From positions 1 through 60,737 of the forward strand of contig WFPJ01000121.1 of NCBI GenBank assembly GCA_015487615.1: a DNA stretch of 60,737 nt. Reading direction: 5' to 3'. The translations under genes and the position numbers were made by a program. Position 1 is the stretch's first letter; each line of letters opens with the position of its first letter. The notes beneath the pieces are model-generated. The model searched no databases, was not told where the DNA came from, and saw only the letters and a program-made list of their open reading frames with translations. Of this stretch, positions 1-9,146 are shown in pieces. This DNA comes from Aquificales bacterium (GTDB lineage Bacteria; Aquificota; Aquificia; Aquificales; Aquificaceae).

Positions 1-615
1 ATAGTTCCTGGTTGGCATGCAACCATATTCCCTCCCTTCTTTGTTGCAGGTGCTATATTCTCCGGATGTGCCATGGTGTTTACCCTTGTTATACCTATGA
101 GAAAGATATTTAAATTAGAAGAGTATATAACCATAGATCACTTTGAAAATTTAGCTAAGCTTACTCTTTTCACGGGTCTTATCGTTACCTACGCTTATAT
201 CACAGAGTTTACATTACCTCTTTACGGTGAAAATGTATTTGAGAGGGATCAGTTTATTTATAGGGCTTTTGGAGATTATAAATGGTACTCATGGGCTATG
301 ATATTCTGCAACTCAGTTGTTCCACTTATACTCTTTATAAAAAGCATGAGAAGAAATCTGCTGGTCCTATTTATAGTTTCCATATTTATCAACATAGGTA
401 TGTGGCTTGAAAGATTTGTTATAGTCGTTATCTCTCTGGCTCACGAGTATGAACCTTACTCTTGGGGTCTTTATCACCCGAGCATTGTTGAAATCCTTAT
501 AACCATAGGTAGCTTTGCATGGTTCTTTATGTGGTTCCTGCTCTTTACGAGGGCTATACCTGTTGTTTCCATATTTGAAGTTAAGGAAGAGAGAGTCAGG
601 GAGGAAGGAAAATGA
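1..615 (+). CDS. actC: NrfD/PsrC-family polytopic membrane subunit, ActC-like (alternative complex III); 5' end cut by window edge
   Basis: Frame 1 is open from base 1 (IVPGWHATIFPPFFVAGAIFSGCAMVF...). This block is typical of NrfD/ActC. Several hydrophobic helices are present. The stop overlaps the next start (ATGA at 612-615). Confidence 0.7.
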   Translation: MVPGWHATIFPPFFVAGAIFSGCAMVFTLVIPMRKIFKLEEYITIDHFENLAKLTLFTGLIVTYAYITEFTLPLYGENVFERDQFIYRAFGDYKWYSWAMIFCNSVVPLILFIKSMRRNLLVLFIVSIFINIGMWLERFVIVVISLAHEYEPYSWGLYHPSIVEILITIGSFAWFFMWFLLFTRAIPVVSIFEVKEERVREEGK

Positions 616-1103
616 AAAGGGTAGAGTTTATTTTTGATGAAAAGGAAGATTTTCTGGCGAAATTGAAAGAGCTTGTTGATGCGGGTATTAACCCTAAGGA
701 TATAAGGGTTATAACGCCAGTACCCATTCATGAGGTGGATGAGATACTTGGTACACACCCTCACAAGAGTAAGATTAAATACTTTACTCTCGTTGGGGCC
801 CTTACAGGTTTCATAACAGGATATGCCTTGACCACATATACACATTTAAGTTGGGAGGATCCACCCCTTATAGTAGGAGGTAAACCTCTGGTGGGTGTTC
901 TACCTTTCTTTGTCATAGCCTATGAGTTAACCATACTATTCGGAGGTATAGCAACCTTTATAGGTTTGCTGATACTTGCAGGTCTTCCAAGTATTAAAAG
1001 GATTATATCTCCCGAGGATTACGGAAATAAGTTCGTCATACAGGTGAAAGGTGAAAGTGTTGAGGAGATAGAGTCACTTTTGAAGGCTAAGGAGGAAGCG
1101 TAA
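612..1103 (+). CDS. actD: ActD-like (DUF3341) subunit of alternative complex III
   Basis: 163 aa with a soluble N-terminal part, then two hydrophobic helices and a C-terminal soluble part. It sits directly after ActC and is start/stop coupled on both sides. Confidence 0.6.
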   Translation: MKRVEFIFDEKEDFLAKLKELVDAGINPKDIRVITPVPIHEVDEILGTHPHKSKIKYFTLVGALTGFITGYALTTYTHLSWEDPPLIVGGKPLVGVLPFFVIAYELTILFGGIATFIGLLILAGLPSIKRIISPEDYGNKFVIQVKGESVEEIESLLKAKEEA

Positions 1104-2122
1104 TGGGAAGCAAATCTCTTTGGATAGGGTTCGGTGTAGTATGGTTTATATTTCTTATAATTGAGATAATAAAGGGCGTTGATGGTACGCTCTTAGTAAG
1201 TCTATCTTATCTTTCAGCCATAACACAGGGTGCCATAGCTATAGTTGCTATTGCGGAGACTGTTAGGGGAAGCTGGATAAAGCCTGTTAAGGAATACCTC
1301 CTTTCCCTTTATCCTGCTGTGATATTTTCAGCCACTTTATTCTTTATATTTATGTTCCAGCTTGATATATATCCTTGGGCCAAGCATCAGGGCCTTTGGC
1401 TAAACAAAGGATTTTACGTTTTGAGGAATTTATTCCTTTATGAAGCTATATGTCTTGCCGCATGGAAATATGCTACCGAATCCCTTAAAGAAAGTGATAA
1501 AAAATACTTCTGGGCTGTTATATATCTCTTTGCCTTCGTTGCATTTCAGGCAAATATAGGTTATGACTGGTTTATGCCCCTTGACTATCCGTGGTACAGT
1601 TCCCTATTTGATGCCTATATAACCCTTGAGGCTGTGTACTCAGCCCTTGCTCTGATAGCTGTTATCAGGTTTATCATATATATTAAGAACGGAGGTAAAT
1701 TCCCGGAGATATTCAAAAAGACCCAGTGGGATTCTTCCACAATTATGTTCGGTTTCAGCTTTCTGTGGGGTTACTTCCTGTATTCTCAGGTGCTTATAAT
1801 ATGGTATGGAAACCTTTATGAGGAGTTCCATTATTTCCTGAAAAGGCTTGAGCATTTCCCGGTAGCTACCTATCTTATACCCGTTCTACTTCTAGCTATT
1901 CCATGGCTTAGCCTTCTCTTCAGAAAGGTTAAGCTCTCACCCTATTTAATGGTTATCATAGCGGGTATAGTTCTCTTCGGATTGTTCCTTGAAAGGATAG
2001 TTATAGTGGGTTCTGTAGCACATGTAAACATATTTGTTGCGGTTATAGAGCTTATCCTTGTCTGGTTTGTGATATACTTTACAATAAAAAACAGGAGGGG
2101 TGCTGTTGCAACAAGCAGTTAA
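1103..2122 (+). CDS. Polytopic membrane protein in the ACIII cluster (possibly ActF-like); function uncertain
   Basis: 339 aa with about 8-9 hydrophobic helices, coupled to actD (TAATG). I recognise no diagnostic motif. Confidence 0.45.
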   Translation: MGSKSLWIGFGVVWFIFLIIEIIKGVDGTLLVSLSYLSAITQGAIAIVAIAETVRGSWIKPVKEYLLSLYPAVIFSATLFFIFMFQLDIYPWAKHQGLWLNKGFYVLRNLFLYEAICLAAWKYATESLKESDKKYFWAVIYLFAFVAFQANIGYDWFMPLDYPWYSSLFDAYITLEAVYSALALIAVIRFIIYIKNGGKFPEIFKKTQWDSSTIMFGFSFLWGYFLYSQVLIIWYGNLYEEFHYFLKRLEHFPVATYLIPVLLLAIPWLSLLFRKVKLSPYLMVIIAGIVLFGLFLERIVIVGSVAHVNIFVAVIELILVWFVIYFTIKNRRGAVATSS

Positions 2123-2132
2123 GATTTCAATG

Positions 2133-2141
2133 TGCTATAAT
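2133..2141 (+). promoter_or_regulatory. Extended -10 promoter element (TGcTATAAT) upstream of the cytochrome c-552 gene
   Basis: TG at 2133-2134 and TATAAT at 2136-2141, followed by SD AAGGAGGTG (2162-2170) and ATG 2177. Confidence 0.4.
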
Positions 2142-2176
2142 TTTGAATATTCAATATCCCAAAGGAGGTGGGTAGT

Positions 2177-2491
2177 ATGAAGAAGTTAGCCTTACTTGCT
2201 TTAATCGGCTTTGCCGGTATGTCCTTTGCCATATCTTCAAAGGCGGAGGCTGAAGCATTTATGAAGAAGAACGGATGCGTAGCGTGCCATGATTTTAATG
2301 TGAAAAAGATAGGACCTTCTTTTAAGGACATAGCTGCTAAATACAAAGGTCAGGCGGGTGCTGTTGACAAGCTCGTGGAGAAGGTAAAGAAAGGTGGTGC
2401 AGGTGTTTGGGGATCAACACCTATGCCTCCTCAGGCTGTACCTGCAGATCAGGAGAGGGCATTTATTGAGTGGATTCTCAATAACCTCTGA
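2177..2491 (+). CDS. Class I monohaem cytochrome c-551/c-552 family with signal peptide
   Basis: GCVACH haem motif, GPSFKDIAAKYKG, and GVWGSTPMPPQ (Met ligand). It closely resembles the Pseudomonas c551 / Hydrogenobacter c552 pattern. ATG 2177 is preferred over the track's GTG 2168 because of SD spacing. Confidence 0.85.
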   Translation: MKKLALLALIGFAGMSFAISSKAEAEAFMKKNGCVACHDFNVKKIGPSFKDIAAKYKGQAGAVDKLVEKVKKGGAGVWGSTPMPPQAVPADQERAFIEWILNNL

Positions 2492-2508
2492 TTTGTTTGT
2501 AAATTCTG

Positions 2509-2529
2509 CCCCGCCCCTGGCGGGGTTTT
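2509..2529 (+). terminator. Rho-independent terminator
   Basis: CCCCGCC / GGCGGGG stem with a 3-nt loop, followed by TTTT. Confidence 0.8.
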
Positions 2530-2543
2530 GTATAATCTAAAAT

Positions 2544-3047
2544 GTGGTTAAAACACTTCCTTATCTCCTGTTGATTCTTGCGATAGGGTTACTTTCTTAT
2601 TTATATATTTCATCCGATGAATCACATACACCTTCTGATATAGGTGAAATACCTTCCGTTGAAATTGAAACCATAACAGGTCAAAAACTTAATCTAAGCG
2701 ACCTAAAAGGTAAAATTGTTCTCATAAATTTCTGGGCTACGTGGTGCCCTCCCTGTAGAGAGGAAATGCCTTACTTTGAGGAGATTTATAGAAGGTATCG
2801 CGAAAAGGGGTTTACCATAATTGCTGTAAGTGTTGATGCAAACGAGAACTTCGTTAAAGATTTTGTAAAGGATTACGATATCTCTTTTCCCGTCTCCATG
2901 GATAAAGAGGGGCTGTCCGACATGTTCGGTGTTTCTTCTTTGCCTATGTCTTTTCTGTATGATGAAAGCGGTAAACTGATAAAGAGGAAAATAGGTGCCT
3001 ATTTTTCACTTGAGGAAGATTTGAAAGAACTTTTAAGCTTGCATTAA
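2544..3047 (+). CDS. TlpA/ResA-like membrane-anchored thiol:disulfide oxidoreductase
   Basis: N-terminal TM anchor and thioredoxin fold with FWATWCPPC. GTG start lies 7 nt after TATAAT (2531-2536). Confidence 0.8.
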   Translation: MVKTLPYLLLILAIGLLSYLYISSDESHTPSDIGEIPSVEIETITGQKLNLSDLKGKIVLINFWATWCPPCREEMPYFEEIYRRYREKGFTIIAVSVDANENFVKDFVKDYDISFPVSMDKEGLSDMFGVSSLPMSFLYDESGKLIKRKIGAYFSLEEDLKELLSLH

Positions 3048-3063
3048 TAAGTTTTTATTTTTG

Positions 3064-3069
3064 TATAAT
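3064..3069 (+). promoter_or_regulatory. Candidate -10 box (TATAAT) for the cox operon
   Basis: TATAAT lies in the 64-nt AT-rich gap before SD AAGGAGGG and ATG 3112. The -35 is weak (TTGCAT with a 19-nt spacer). Confidence 0.35.
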
Positions 3070-3111
3070 AGTTTTTCAGGTTGGATTTAAATTTTTAAGG
3101 AGGGATGAGCT

Positions 3112-3903
3112 ATGGCGCATGAAGAGGTCCACCACGGTCACCATGAAGTTAGCATGTGGCCCGTTGGAGTAGGGCTTGGTGCATTGTTTGGTGTTTTGGC
3201 TTTTACCGCATTTTTCCAGTGGCAGATGCCTTTCCTTGCAGTTATCTTCGGAGGTTTAACCGTTGTTTGCCTGCTTGGAGGACTCGCGGGTTGGGTAAAT
3301 GAATTCTTCACAACAGGACACGATGAGAAACATGGAAAAATAGCCATAGTTTTCTTCGTTGCCTCCGAGGTTATAGTGTTCGGAACAATGTTCGCAGCCT
3401 TTTGGAGAGCATGGGTATTTAACTCTCATGAATGGGCAAATTGGGTGCCTCAGGAGATGAATTTGCTTATGCCAGTTATACTGACCTTGATACTGTGGGC
3501 ATCAAGTGGAGCTATAGTCTTAGCAGAAAGGGCTATAGAGCATGGCAATGTGGGTGCCTATAATAAGTGGTTGCTTATTACAATAGTCTTGGGTACATTG
3601 TTCGTTATATTACACGTTATGGAATGGATACATCTTTGGGAGTCCGGTTTTACCCTATCATCTAATATGTATGGCACCGCATTTTATATGCTTACAGGTT
3701 TTCACACATCACACGTTTTGGTAGGACTTATAGCTATGCTCTACCTTCTTTGGATAGGTTTAAGCGGTAAGATTGATGAAACCAAGACAACCGCTGTTGT
3801 AGCAACAGGATTTTACTGGCATTTCGTTGACGTTGTATGGATGTTCGTTGCTACAAATGCATACTTTGTAGGATCAATACCTGCATTAGCCGGAGGACAC
3901 TAA
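3112..3903 (+). CDS. coxC: Cytochrome c oxidase subunit III
   Basis: 7 TM helices and the C-terminal FYWHFVDVVW motif typical of subunit III. Confidence 0.85.
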   Translation: MAHEEVHHGHHEVSMWPVGVGLGALFGVLAFTAFFQWQMPFLAVIFGGLTVVCLLGGLAGWVNEFFTTGHDEKHGKIAIVFFVASEVIVFGTMFAAFWRAWVFNSHEWANWVPQEMNLLMPVILTLILWASSGAIVLAERAIEHGNVGAYNKWLLITIVLGTLFVILHVMEWIHLWESGFTLSSNMYGTAFYMLTGFHTSHVLVGLIAMLYLLWIGLSGKIDETKTTAVVATGFYWHFVDVVWMFVATNAYFVGSIPALAGGH

Positions 3904-3921
3904 TAGTTAAGGGTTGAAATC

Positions 3922-4716
3922 ATGAGAGGGGTGTTTCTTATTTTGATTACTGTTTTATCCCTTGCATGGGCGGTTAACACCCCTCTTGGTGTCCCTTATG
4001 ATGAAGACAGCAGTTTTGATGTTTCCATACTTCGCATAGATGAAGGTGAGCATTTAGGTAGGGAAATTCCTAATGTTGAAGTAATCCTTGAAAATGGGCA
4101 AACGAAAAAGCTCTGGGAAATAATTGGAGAGGAACCTGCCATTATAGTATTTGCCTATTACACTTGTGATGCGTCTTGTCCTGTTTTAGCGGGAAACATA
4201 TCCAAAGCTTTAGAAGTCATAAAGGATAGAGACTTTACCTTTATAACCTTATCCTTTGATGAAAAGGATACTTTAGAGACGATGAAAGCTTTTAAGGAGA
4301 AGCTGAAATATATACCCGATAATTGGGTGTTTGGATTACTTTCAAAACAGGATATAAAGCGCATTACCGAAGCCACTGGCTTTAGATTTTTCTATTCTGT
4401 TAAAGACAAGGCTTTTGTACATCCGAATGTGCTTATATTCATATCTCCCGATAAAAGAATAGTCAGGTATATATATGGGGTTAAACCAGATCCTAAGGCT
4501 GTAAGGATAGCACTTGCGGAAGCAAATACGGGGGAGTTGAAAATAAACGAAGTTGTGGATCTCGTCTATCTTGCTTGCTTTAGTTACAACGCCAAGAAGG
4601 GATCTTACATGCTAAATCCCGTTATGATATTGGGAGGTGTTGGCTTTATACTTTTGGGTTCAACTTTATTGCTTAGTGTTTTTTATGGTAAACTTTATGG
4701 AAGGAAGGAGGTGTGA
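3922..4716 (+). CDS. SCO1/SenC copper chaperone with an extra C-terminal TM segment
   Basis: Signal peptide, YYTCDASCP (CxxxC), a downstream His (FVHPN), and a C-terminal hydrophobic helix (VMILGGVGFILLGSTLLLSVF). Confidence 0.8.
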   Translation: MRGVFLILITVLSLAWAVNTPLGVPYDEDSSFDVSILRIDEGEHLGREIPNVEVILENGQTKKLWEIIGEEPAIIVFAYYTCDASCPVLAGNISKALEVIKDRDFTFITLSFDEKDTLETMKAFKEKLKYIPDNWVFGLLSKQDIKRITEATGFRFFYSVKDKAFVHPNVLIFISPDKRIVRYIYGVKPDPKAVRIALAEANTGELKINEVVDLVYLACFSYNAKKGSYMLNPVMILGGVGFILLGSTLLLSVFYGKLYGRKEV

Positions 4717-4719
4717 ACA

Positions 4720-5577
4720 ATGGTAGCCATATTGGTAATAGTTTATTTTGCGGTTACCACCCTGGTAATGATAGTAGGGCACCAACCCATACTTGAGGGC
4801 TATGAAGTTGCGAAAGCTACCGGTGCGGAACCCGGTCTTCAATGGTATTGGGGATTCAAAAATGTCTTTTACGTGGTAATGCTATACTTCTTTGTAATAG
4901 CCATACCTTTTGTTGTGTTTACCCTTATTTATCAATACAAAAAGGGTGAAAGGGAAGAAGGTGAGCATGCTTCCAAGCCATGGGGACCTATAGAAAATGG
5001 TCTTTTAATAGCATGGGGAGTTGCAGTATTTGCAGGAGACATATTCCTAGATTTCGTTTCTGAATCTGTGTTTGAATATCAAAAGAAAATTCCTGAGAAT
5101 GCTATGGAAATAGAAGTTACAGGTTCAATGTGGATGTGGCAGTTTAAATATCCCAACGGTAAAACACTTTTCTCTTTCTACAATCCTGCAACTGATAAGT
5201 TTGAAGAGTTCAAGGGTGGCTTTATAGTACCTGCAGGTGTTCCGATAAAGCTTTCTATGAAGTCAACTGATGTTATACATGCTTTCTATCTTTGGCCTCC
5301 AATTAACAAGCTACAGGATCTATACCCTGGAAGGGTAACCTACCAATGGTTTAAGGTGGACGCACCTGGAGAGTATTTAGTGTCCTGCAGGGAATACTGT
5401 GGTACCAACCACGCCTATATGCTGGCTAAGATATGGGTAGTCCCTAAGGAGGAGTTTGAGCAGTGGTATAACGGTCAAATAGCGGATGCGGATCTTATAA
5501 ACAAGTACTCAACTAAGAAATGGTATACGAAGCAAGCTAAGGGTGGTAATATAGAAGTAGCTAAGGTAAATAATTAA
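4720..5577 (+). CDS. coxB: Cytochrome c oxidase subunit II (CuA; no fused cytochrome c domain)
   Basis: Two N-terminal TM helices. CuA ligands are VIHAF ... CREYCGTNHAYM. There is no CxxCH anywhere. Confidence 0.9.
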   Translation: MVAILVIVYFAVTTLVMIVGHQPILEGYEVAKATGAEPGLQWYWGFKNVFYVVMLYFFVIAIPFVVFTLIYQYKKGEREEGEHASKPWGPIENGLLIAWGVAVFAGDIFLDFVSESVFEYQKKIPENAMEIEVTGSMWMWQFKYPNGKTLFSFYNPATDKFEEFKGGFIVPAGVPIKLSMKSTDVIHAFYLWPPINKLQDLYPGRVTYQWFKVDAPGEYLVSCREYCGTNHAYMLAKIWVVPKEEFEQWYNGQIADADLINKYSTKKWYTKQAKGGNIEVAKVNN

Positions 5578-5591
5578 GGAGGTGTAGTATC

Positions 5592-7202
5592 ATGAGGGAA
5601 GCTATCCCTACAGGGGTGCCATATTTTGGAGCCTCTCTGAAGGAGTGGATATTTACAACAGATCATAAAAAGATTGGCATTCTATATCTCGTCACCAGCA
5701 TATTGTTCTTCGTGGTGGGTGGTTTGTTTGCCCTCGGAATGAGGCTTGAGTTGACAAGTCCAGGTCTCCAATTCTGGAGCCCAGAGTTTTACAATTACCT
5801 CCTTACGGGTCATGGTGCAATAATGCTACTGTGGTGGGCAATAGGTGCACCCACCGGAGGATTCGGTAACTTCCTGCTTCCTCTAATGATAGGTGCAAGG
5901 GATGTTGCCTTCCCCAGGTTGAACGCCCTTAGCTGGTGGGCATATTTCGGTGCAAGTGTTCTTGTTCTTATAACCCTTATACCTGGTAATCACATAAAGA
6001 TGATGTGGACGGGATATCCCCCCTATGCTCTCAACAACGATGCGGGAAATCTTGCCCTTTATGTTTTCATAATTCACCTTCTCGGAGTATCTTCAATAGC
6101 AGGTGCTGTTAACTTCCTCACAACCGTTATTAGAATGAGGGCTAAAGGCTTGTCATATTGGAAGTTGCCCATATTTGTACATTCCATAATAACCGCCAAC
6201 GTTATACAGATACTGGGTGTGCCTTCACTTGCAGGTGCTGTAACAATGGATCTGTTTGACAAGTATCTTGGTACCGCTTTCTTTGATCCTGCAAGGGGTG
6301 GAGATCCGCTTCTTTATCAGCACGTATTCTGGTTCTATTCACATCCCGCGGTTTATGTAATGTTGCTACCCCCTGTTGCTATTGCAGGTGAAGTTATATC
6401 CGCTATGGCTAAAAACAGATTCTTCGGATATAAAGCTTATGTTATAGCCCAGTGGGGAGTTGTCGTATTAGGATTCATAGTATGGACACACCACATGTTC
6501 GTTACCGCTACCGCTGACTGGTTAAAGATAATCCAGTCCATAACAACAATGATGATAACGGTACCGGTAGGAATTATTGTCTTGGCATCAACGTTGACCC
6601 TCTTTAAAGGTGCCTTGAAGTTCAATACAGCAACATGGTTTGCTCTTGGAACCATATTTATGATTCTTCCTGGAGGTTTGACAGGAATACCGAACGGTAT
6701 GCTCGGTATAGATTACGGTCTTTCCGACTCTTACTGGATTGCAGGACACTTCCACTTTGTTCTAGCAATGATAATAACCTTTGGAATATTTGCGGGTCTT
6801 TACTACTGGTTCCCCAAATTTACAGGAAGACTTGCATACTCAGATGGACTTGGAAGCCTGGGATTCTTTGTAATGTTCATGGGTGCTATGCTTATATTTG
6901 GAATGCAGCTTATAGCTGGTCTTCATGGTATGCCCAGGAGATATGTTGATTATCCGCCCATTCCCGAACTCATAACTGCACATCACTGGATGACTGTTGG
7001 TGCGTTCATATTTGCTCTTGGAGTACTTATAACCTTTATAAACCTCATATTGGGTATGGTTAAAGGTGAGAAAGCGGATGCTAACCCTTGGGGTTCACCT
7101 TCCCTTGAGTGGTGGACTGCTTCACCACCTGCGCCTCATAACTTTGATAAGCTTCCCGAGGTAGATGAAGAGTGGCACCCCTACAACTACAAGAAGGCTT
7201 AA
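5592..7202 (+). CDS. coxA: Cytochrome c oxidase subunit I, A2-type (YS motif)
   Basis: LTGHGAIM (helix II His), FWFYSHPAVY (CuB His plus Tyr; YS replaces the helix-VI Glu), WTHHMF, GHFHFV, GMPRRY. Confidence 0.95.
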   Translation: MREAIPTGVPYFGASLKEWIFTTDHKKIGILYLVTSILFFVVGGLFALGMRLELTSPGLQFWSPEFYNYLLTGHGAIMLLWWAIGAPTGGFGNFLLPLMIGARDVAFPRLNALSWWAYFGASVLVLITLIPGNHIKMMWTGYPPYALNNDAGNLALYVFIIHLLGVSSIAGAVNFLTTVIRMRAKGLSYWKLPIFVHSIITANVIQILGVPSLAGAVTMDLFDKYLGTAFFDPARGGDPLLYQHVFWFYSHPAVYVMLLPPVAIAGEVISAMAKNRFFGYKAYVIAQWGVVVLGFIVWTHHMFVTATADWLKIIQSITTMMITVPVGIIVLASTLTLFKGALKFNTATWFALGTIFMILPGGLTGIPNGMLGIDYGLSDSYWIAGHFHFVLAMIITFGIFAGLYYWFPKFTGRLAYSDGLGSLGFFVMFMGAMLIFGMQLIAGLHGMPRRYVDYPPIPELITAHHWMTVGAFIFALGVLITFINLILGMVKGEKADANPWGSPSLEWWTASPPAPHNFDKLPEVDEEWHPYNYKKA

Positions 7203-7225
7203 AGGGAAACTAAATATGCAAAATG

Positions 7226-7252
7226 AACCGCCCCTTCGGGGGCGGTTTTTTT
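7226..7252 (+). terminator. Rho-independent terminator after coxA
   Basis: CCGCCCC-TTCG-GGGGCGG hairpin followed by TTTTTTT. Confidence 0.85.
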
Positions 7253-7273
7253 ATTTAAAGGGGGTGATTTGAA

Positions 7274-7402
7274 ATGGACAAAGAAAAACAGAAAGCTGAT
7301 AGGATTACAAAGCTGATAGGTTACTCGTTGTTGATGTTTGTTTTTCTTTCCTATATACTATGGATAATAACCACCTATCTGAAGAGGAGAGGTATGTTAT
7401 GA
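7274..7402 (+). CDS. Unannotated 42-aa single-TM small ORF (MDKEKQKADRITKLIGYSLLMFVFLSYILWIITTYLKRRGML)
   Basis: SD GGGGGTGA (7260-7267) lies 6 nt before the ATG. One 23-residue hydrophobic helix has charged flanks. Its stop overlaps the ctaA ATG (ATGA at 7399-7402). It is absent from the ORF track because it is short. Confidence 0.45.
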   Translation: MDKEKQKADRITKLIGYSLLMFVFLSYILWIITTYLKRRGML

Positions 7403-8265
7403 CAAAGATAATACTCTTTATAGCCCTTGTATCAACCTACGTCCTGATGGTTTTTGGCGGTATAGTTACATCTACTGGTTCAGGACTTGGATGTCCCGAT
7501 TGGCCTCTATGTTACGGCACTTTCAATCCTCCTCCAAAAATGGATGCGTGGATAGAATGGGGACACAGACTGTTAGGTGCTAACGCGGGCTTATTTATAC
7601 TCTTATCCTTTATAAGTGTTTGGAAAAATTACAAGGGTCTACCGCGTTTCACTATAGGCGTTGCACTTATAATGCTTATAGTGGAAGTTATTCTCGGTGG
7701 AGTAGTAGTATTAAGGGAGGCGCCTTTGCTTAGTGAAGTTGAACATATGGTTCTTACTTCTTCTCATATAATAGTGTCTACAATTATACTTGCTTTTATA
7801 TCATTTACTTTATCCCTTATAGCTCACGAGAAAGGCGTGCCTATGCATGTGCCTTATGCTGTTCCTCTTTTCATTTTAGTATACATACAAATAATAATAG
7901 GGATAATAGTAAGATATACACAGTCTGGGCTAGCTTGTCCCGATTGGCCTACATGCCAGGGCCATATAATACCTCCCTTTGATAATTTCAATGTGTTTAT
8001 TCATTTTCTTCATAGGATAGTAGCTTATGCCTTGGTTATCTTTACCGGTTATTTAATGTTTAAGGAGTTGAACCCGAGAACGGGTATAACCTTTACACTT
8101 GTGGTCGCCCAGATGCTGTTCGGTATAATGAGTGTATTTTCTGGTTTGTTCCTACCGATAGTGTTTCACCACATACTTCTGGGATTTTTCCTTTTGGCTT
8201 GGGTTTCTTTCATAACAGCGCCCTATTTGTTCCCTAAGGGTGTTCAAGGGGAAGTTAGGGCATGA
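7399..8265 (+). CDS. ctaA: Haem A synthase (COX15/CtaA)
   Basis: Two CPDWP(L/T)C motifs and conserved His in TM helices (WGHRLLG, HFLHRIVAY). ATG 7399 has SD GGAGAGG, whereas the track start 7360 has none. Confidence 0.85.
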   Translation: MTKIILFIALVSTYVLMVFGGIVTSTGSGLGCPDWPLCYGTFNPPPKMDAWIEWGHRLLGANAGLFILLSFISVWKNYKGLPRFTIGVALIMLIVEVILGGVVVLREAPLLSEVEHMVLTSSHIIVSTIILAFISFTLSLIAHEKGVPMHVPYAVPLFILVYIQIIIGIIVRYTQSGLACPDWPTCQGHIIPPFDNFNVFIHFLHRIVAYALVIFTGYLMFKELNPRTGITFTLVVAQMLFGIMSVFSGLFLPIVFHHILLGFFLLAWVSFITAPYLFPKGVQGEVRA

Positions 8266-9146
8266 GCCTTCATAAGGTGGCGTATTATAAGAACACTCTA
8301 AAAGATCATGTTGTTTTAACAAAGCCCGGTATTGTAGCACTTGTCCTTGTCACTACACTTACCGGTATATATCTTGCCAATAGGGGATTACCGGATCCCT
8401 TTTTGGTTTTCTGGACACTTATTGGTACCGGTTTTGCCGCAGCAGGTTCTGCTGTTTTAAATAACTTCATCGATAGGGACATTGACAGGTTGATGGAAAG
8501 GACAATGTCAAGACCGACCGCTCAAGGTACTGTAAACCCGTGGATAGCTCTGTTTATGGGTTCGTCATTTATCCTGTTATCATTTTTTATCCTCTCTCAC
8601 TATGTTAACCTTATATCCGCTTTTCTTGCCTTCCTTGCCGCTTTTATATATGTAGTTCCCTATACTATTGTTACAAAGCGCAGGACCGAGTATGCGACTG
8701 AGATAGGCGGTATAACGGGAGCTTTACCGCCCGTTATAGGGTACACCGCTGTATCGGGGAATATAAATCTTGAGGCATTTATCCTATTCTTGATAATGTT
8801 TATATGGCAACCGCCTCACTTTTGGGTGCTTGCCCTTAAGTACAGGGAGGATTACAGGAGAGCAGGTGTTGCTACCCTTCCAGTATCAAGGGGAGTTAGG
8901 GAGACAAAGCTTAGAACCTTGTTTTATACCTTGCTTCTCCTTCCCGTAACACTCCTTCCCTACTATATGAATATGGCTGGCACTATTTACTTATACGGTG
9001 CAATAGTTTTGAACATCATTTATATAGTCATGACCATAAGGTTTGTACTCTCAAAGAAAGAGGTGGACATGAAACTATTTTTCTACTCCATTTTTTACCT
9101 TGCAAGTATATTTACCTTGATGGTTATTGATATGGTAAGGCTATGA
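8262..9146 (+). CDS. ctaB: Protohaem IX farnesyltransferase (haem O synthase)
   Basis: UbiA-family motif NNFIDRDIDRLMERT and 8-9 TM helices; overlaps the ctaA stop. Confidence 0.9.
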   Translation: MSLHKVAYYKNTLKDHVVLTKPGIVALVLVTTLTGIYLANRGLPDPFLVFWTLIGTGFAAAGSAVLNNFIDRDIDRLMERTMSRPTAQGTVNPWIALFMGSSFILLSFFILSHYVNLISAFLAFLAAFIYVVPYTIVTKRRTEYATEIGGITGALPPVIGYTAVSGNINLEAFILFLIMFIWQPPHFWVLALKYREDYRRAGVATLPVSRGVRETKLRTLFYTLLLLPVTLLPYYMNMAGTIYLYGAIVLNIIYIVMTIRFVLSKKEVDMKLFFYSIFYLASIFTLMVIDMVRL

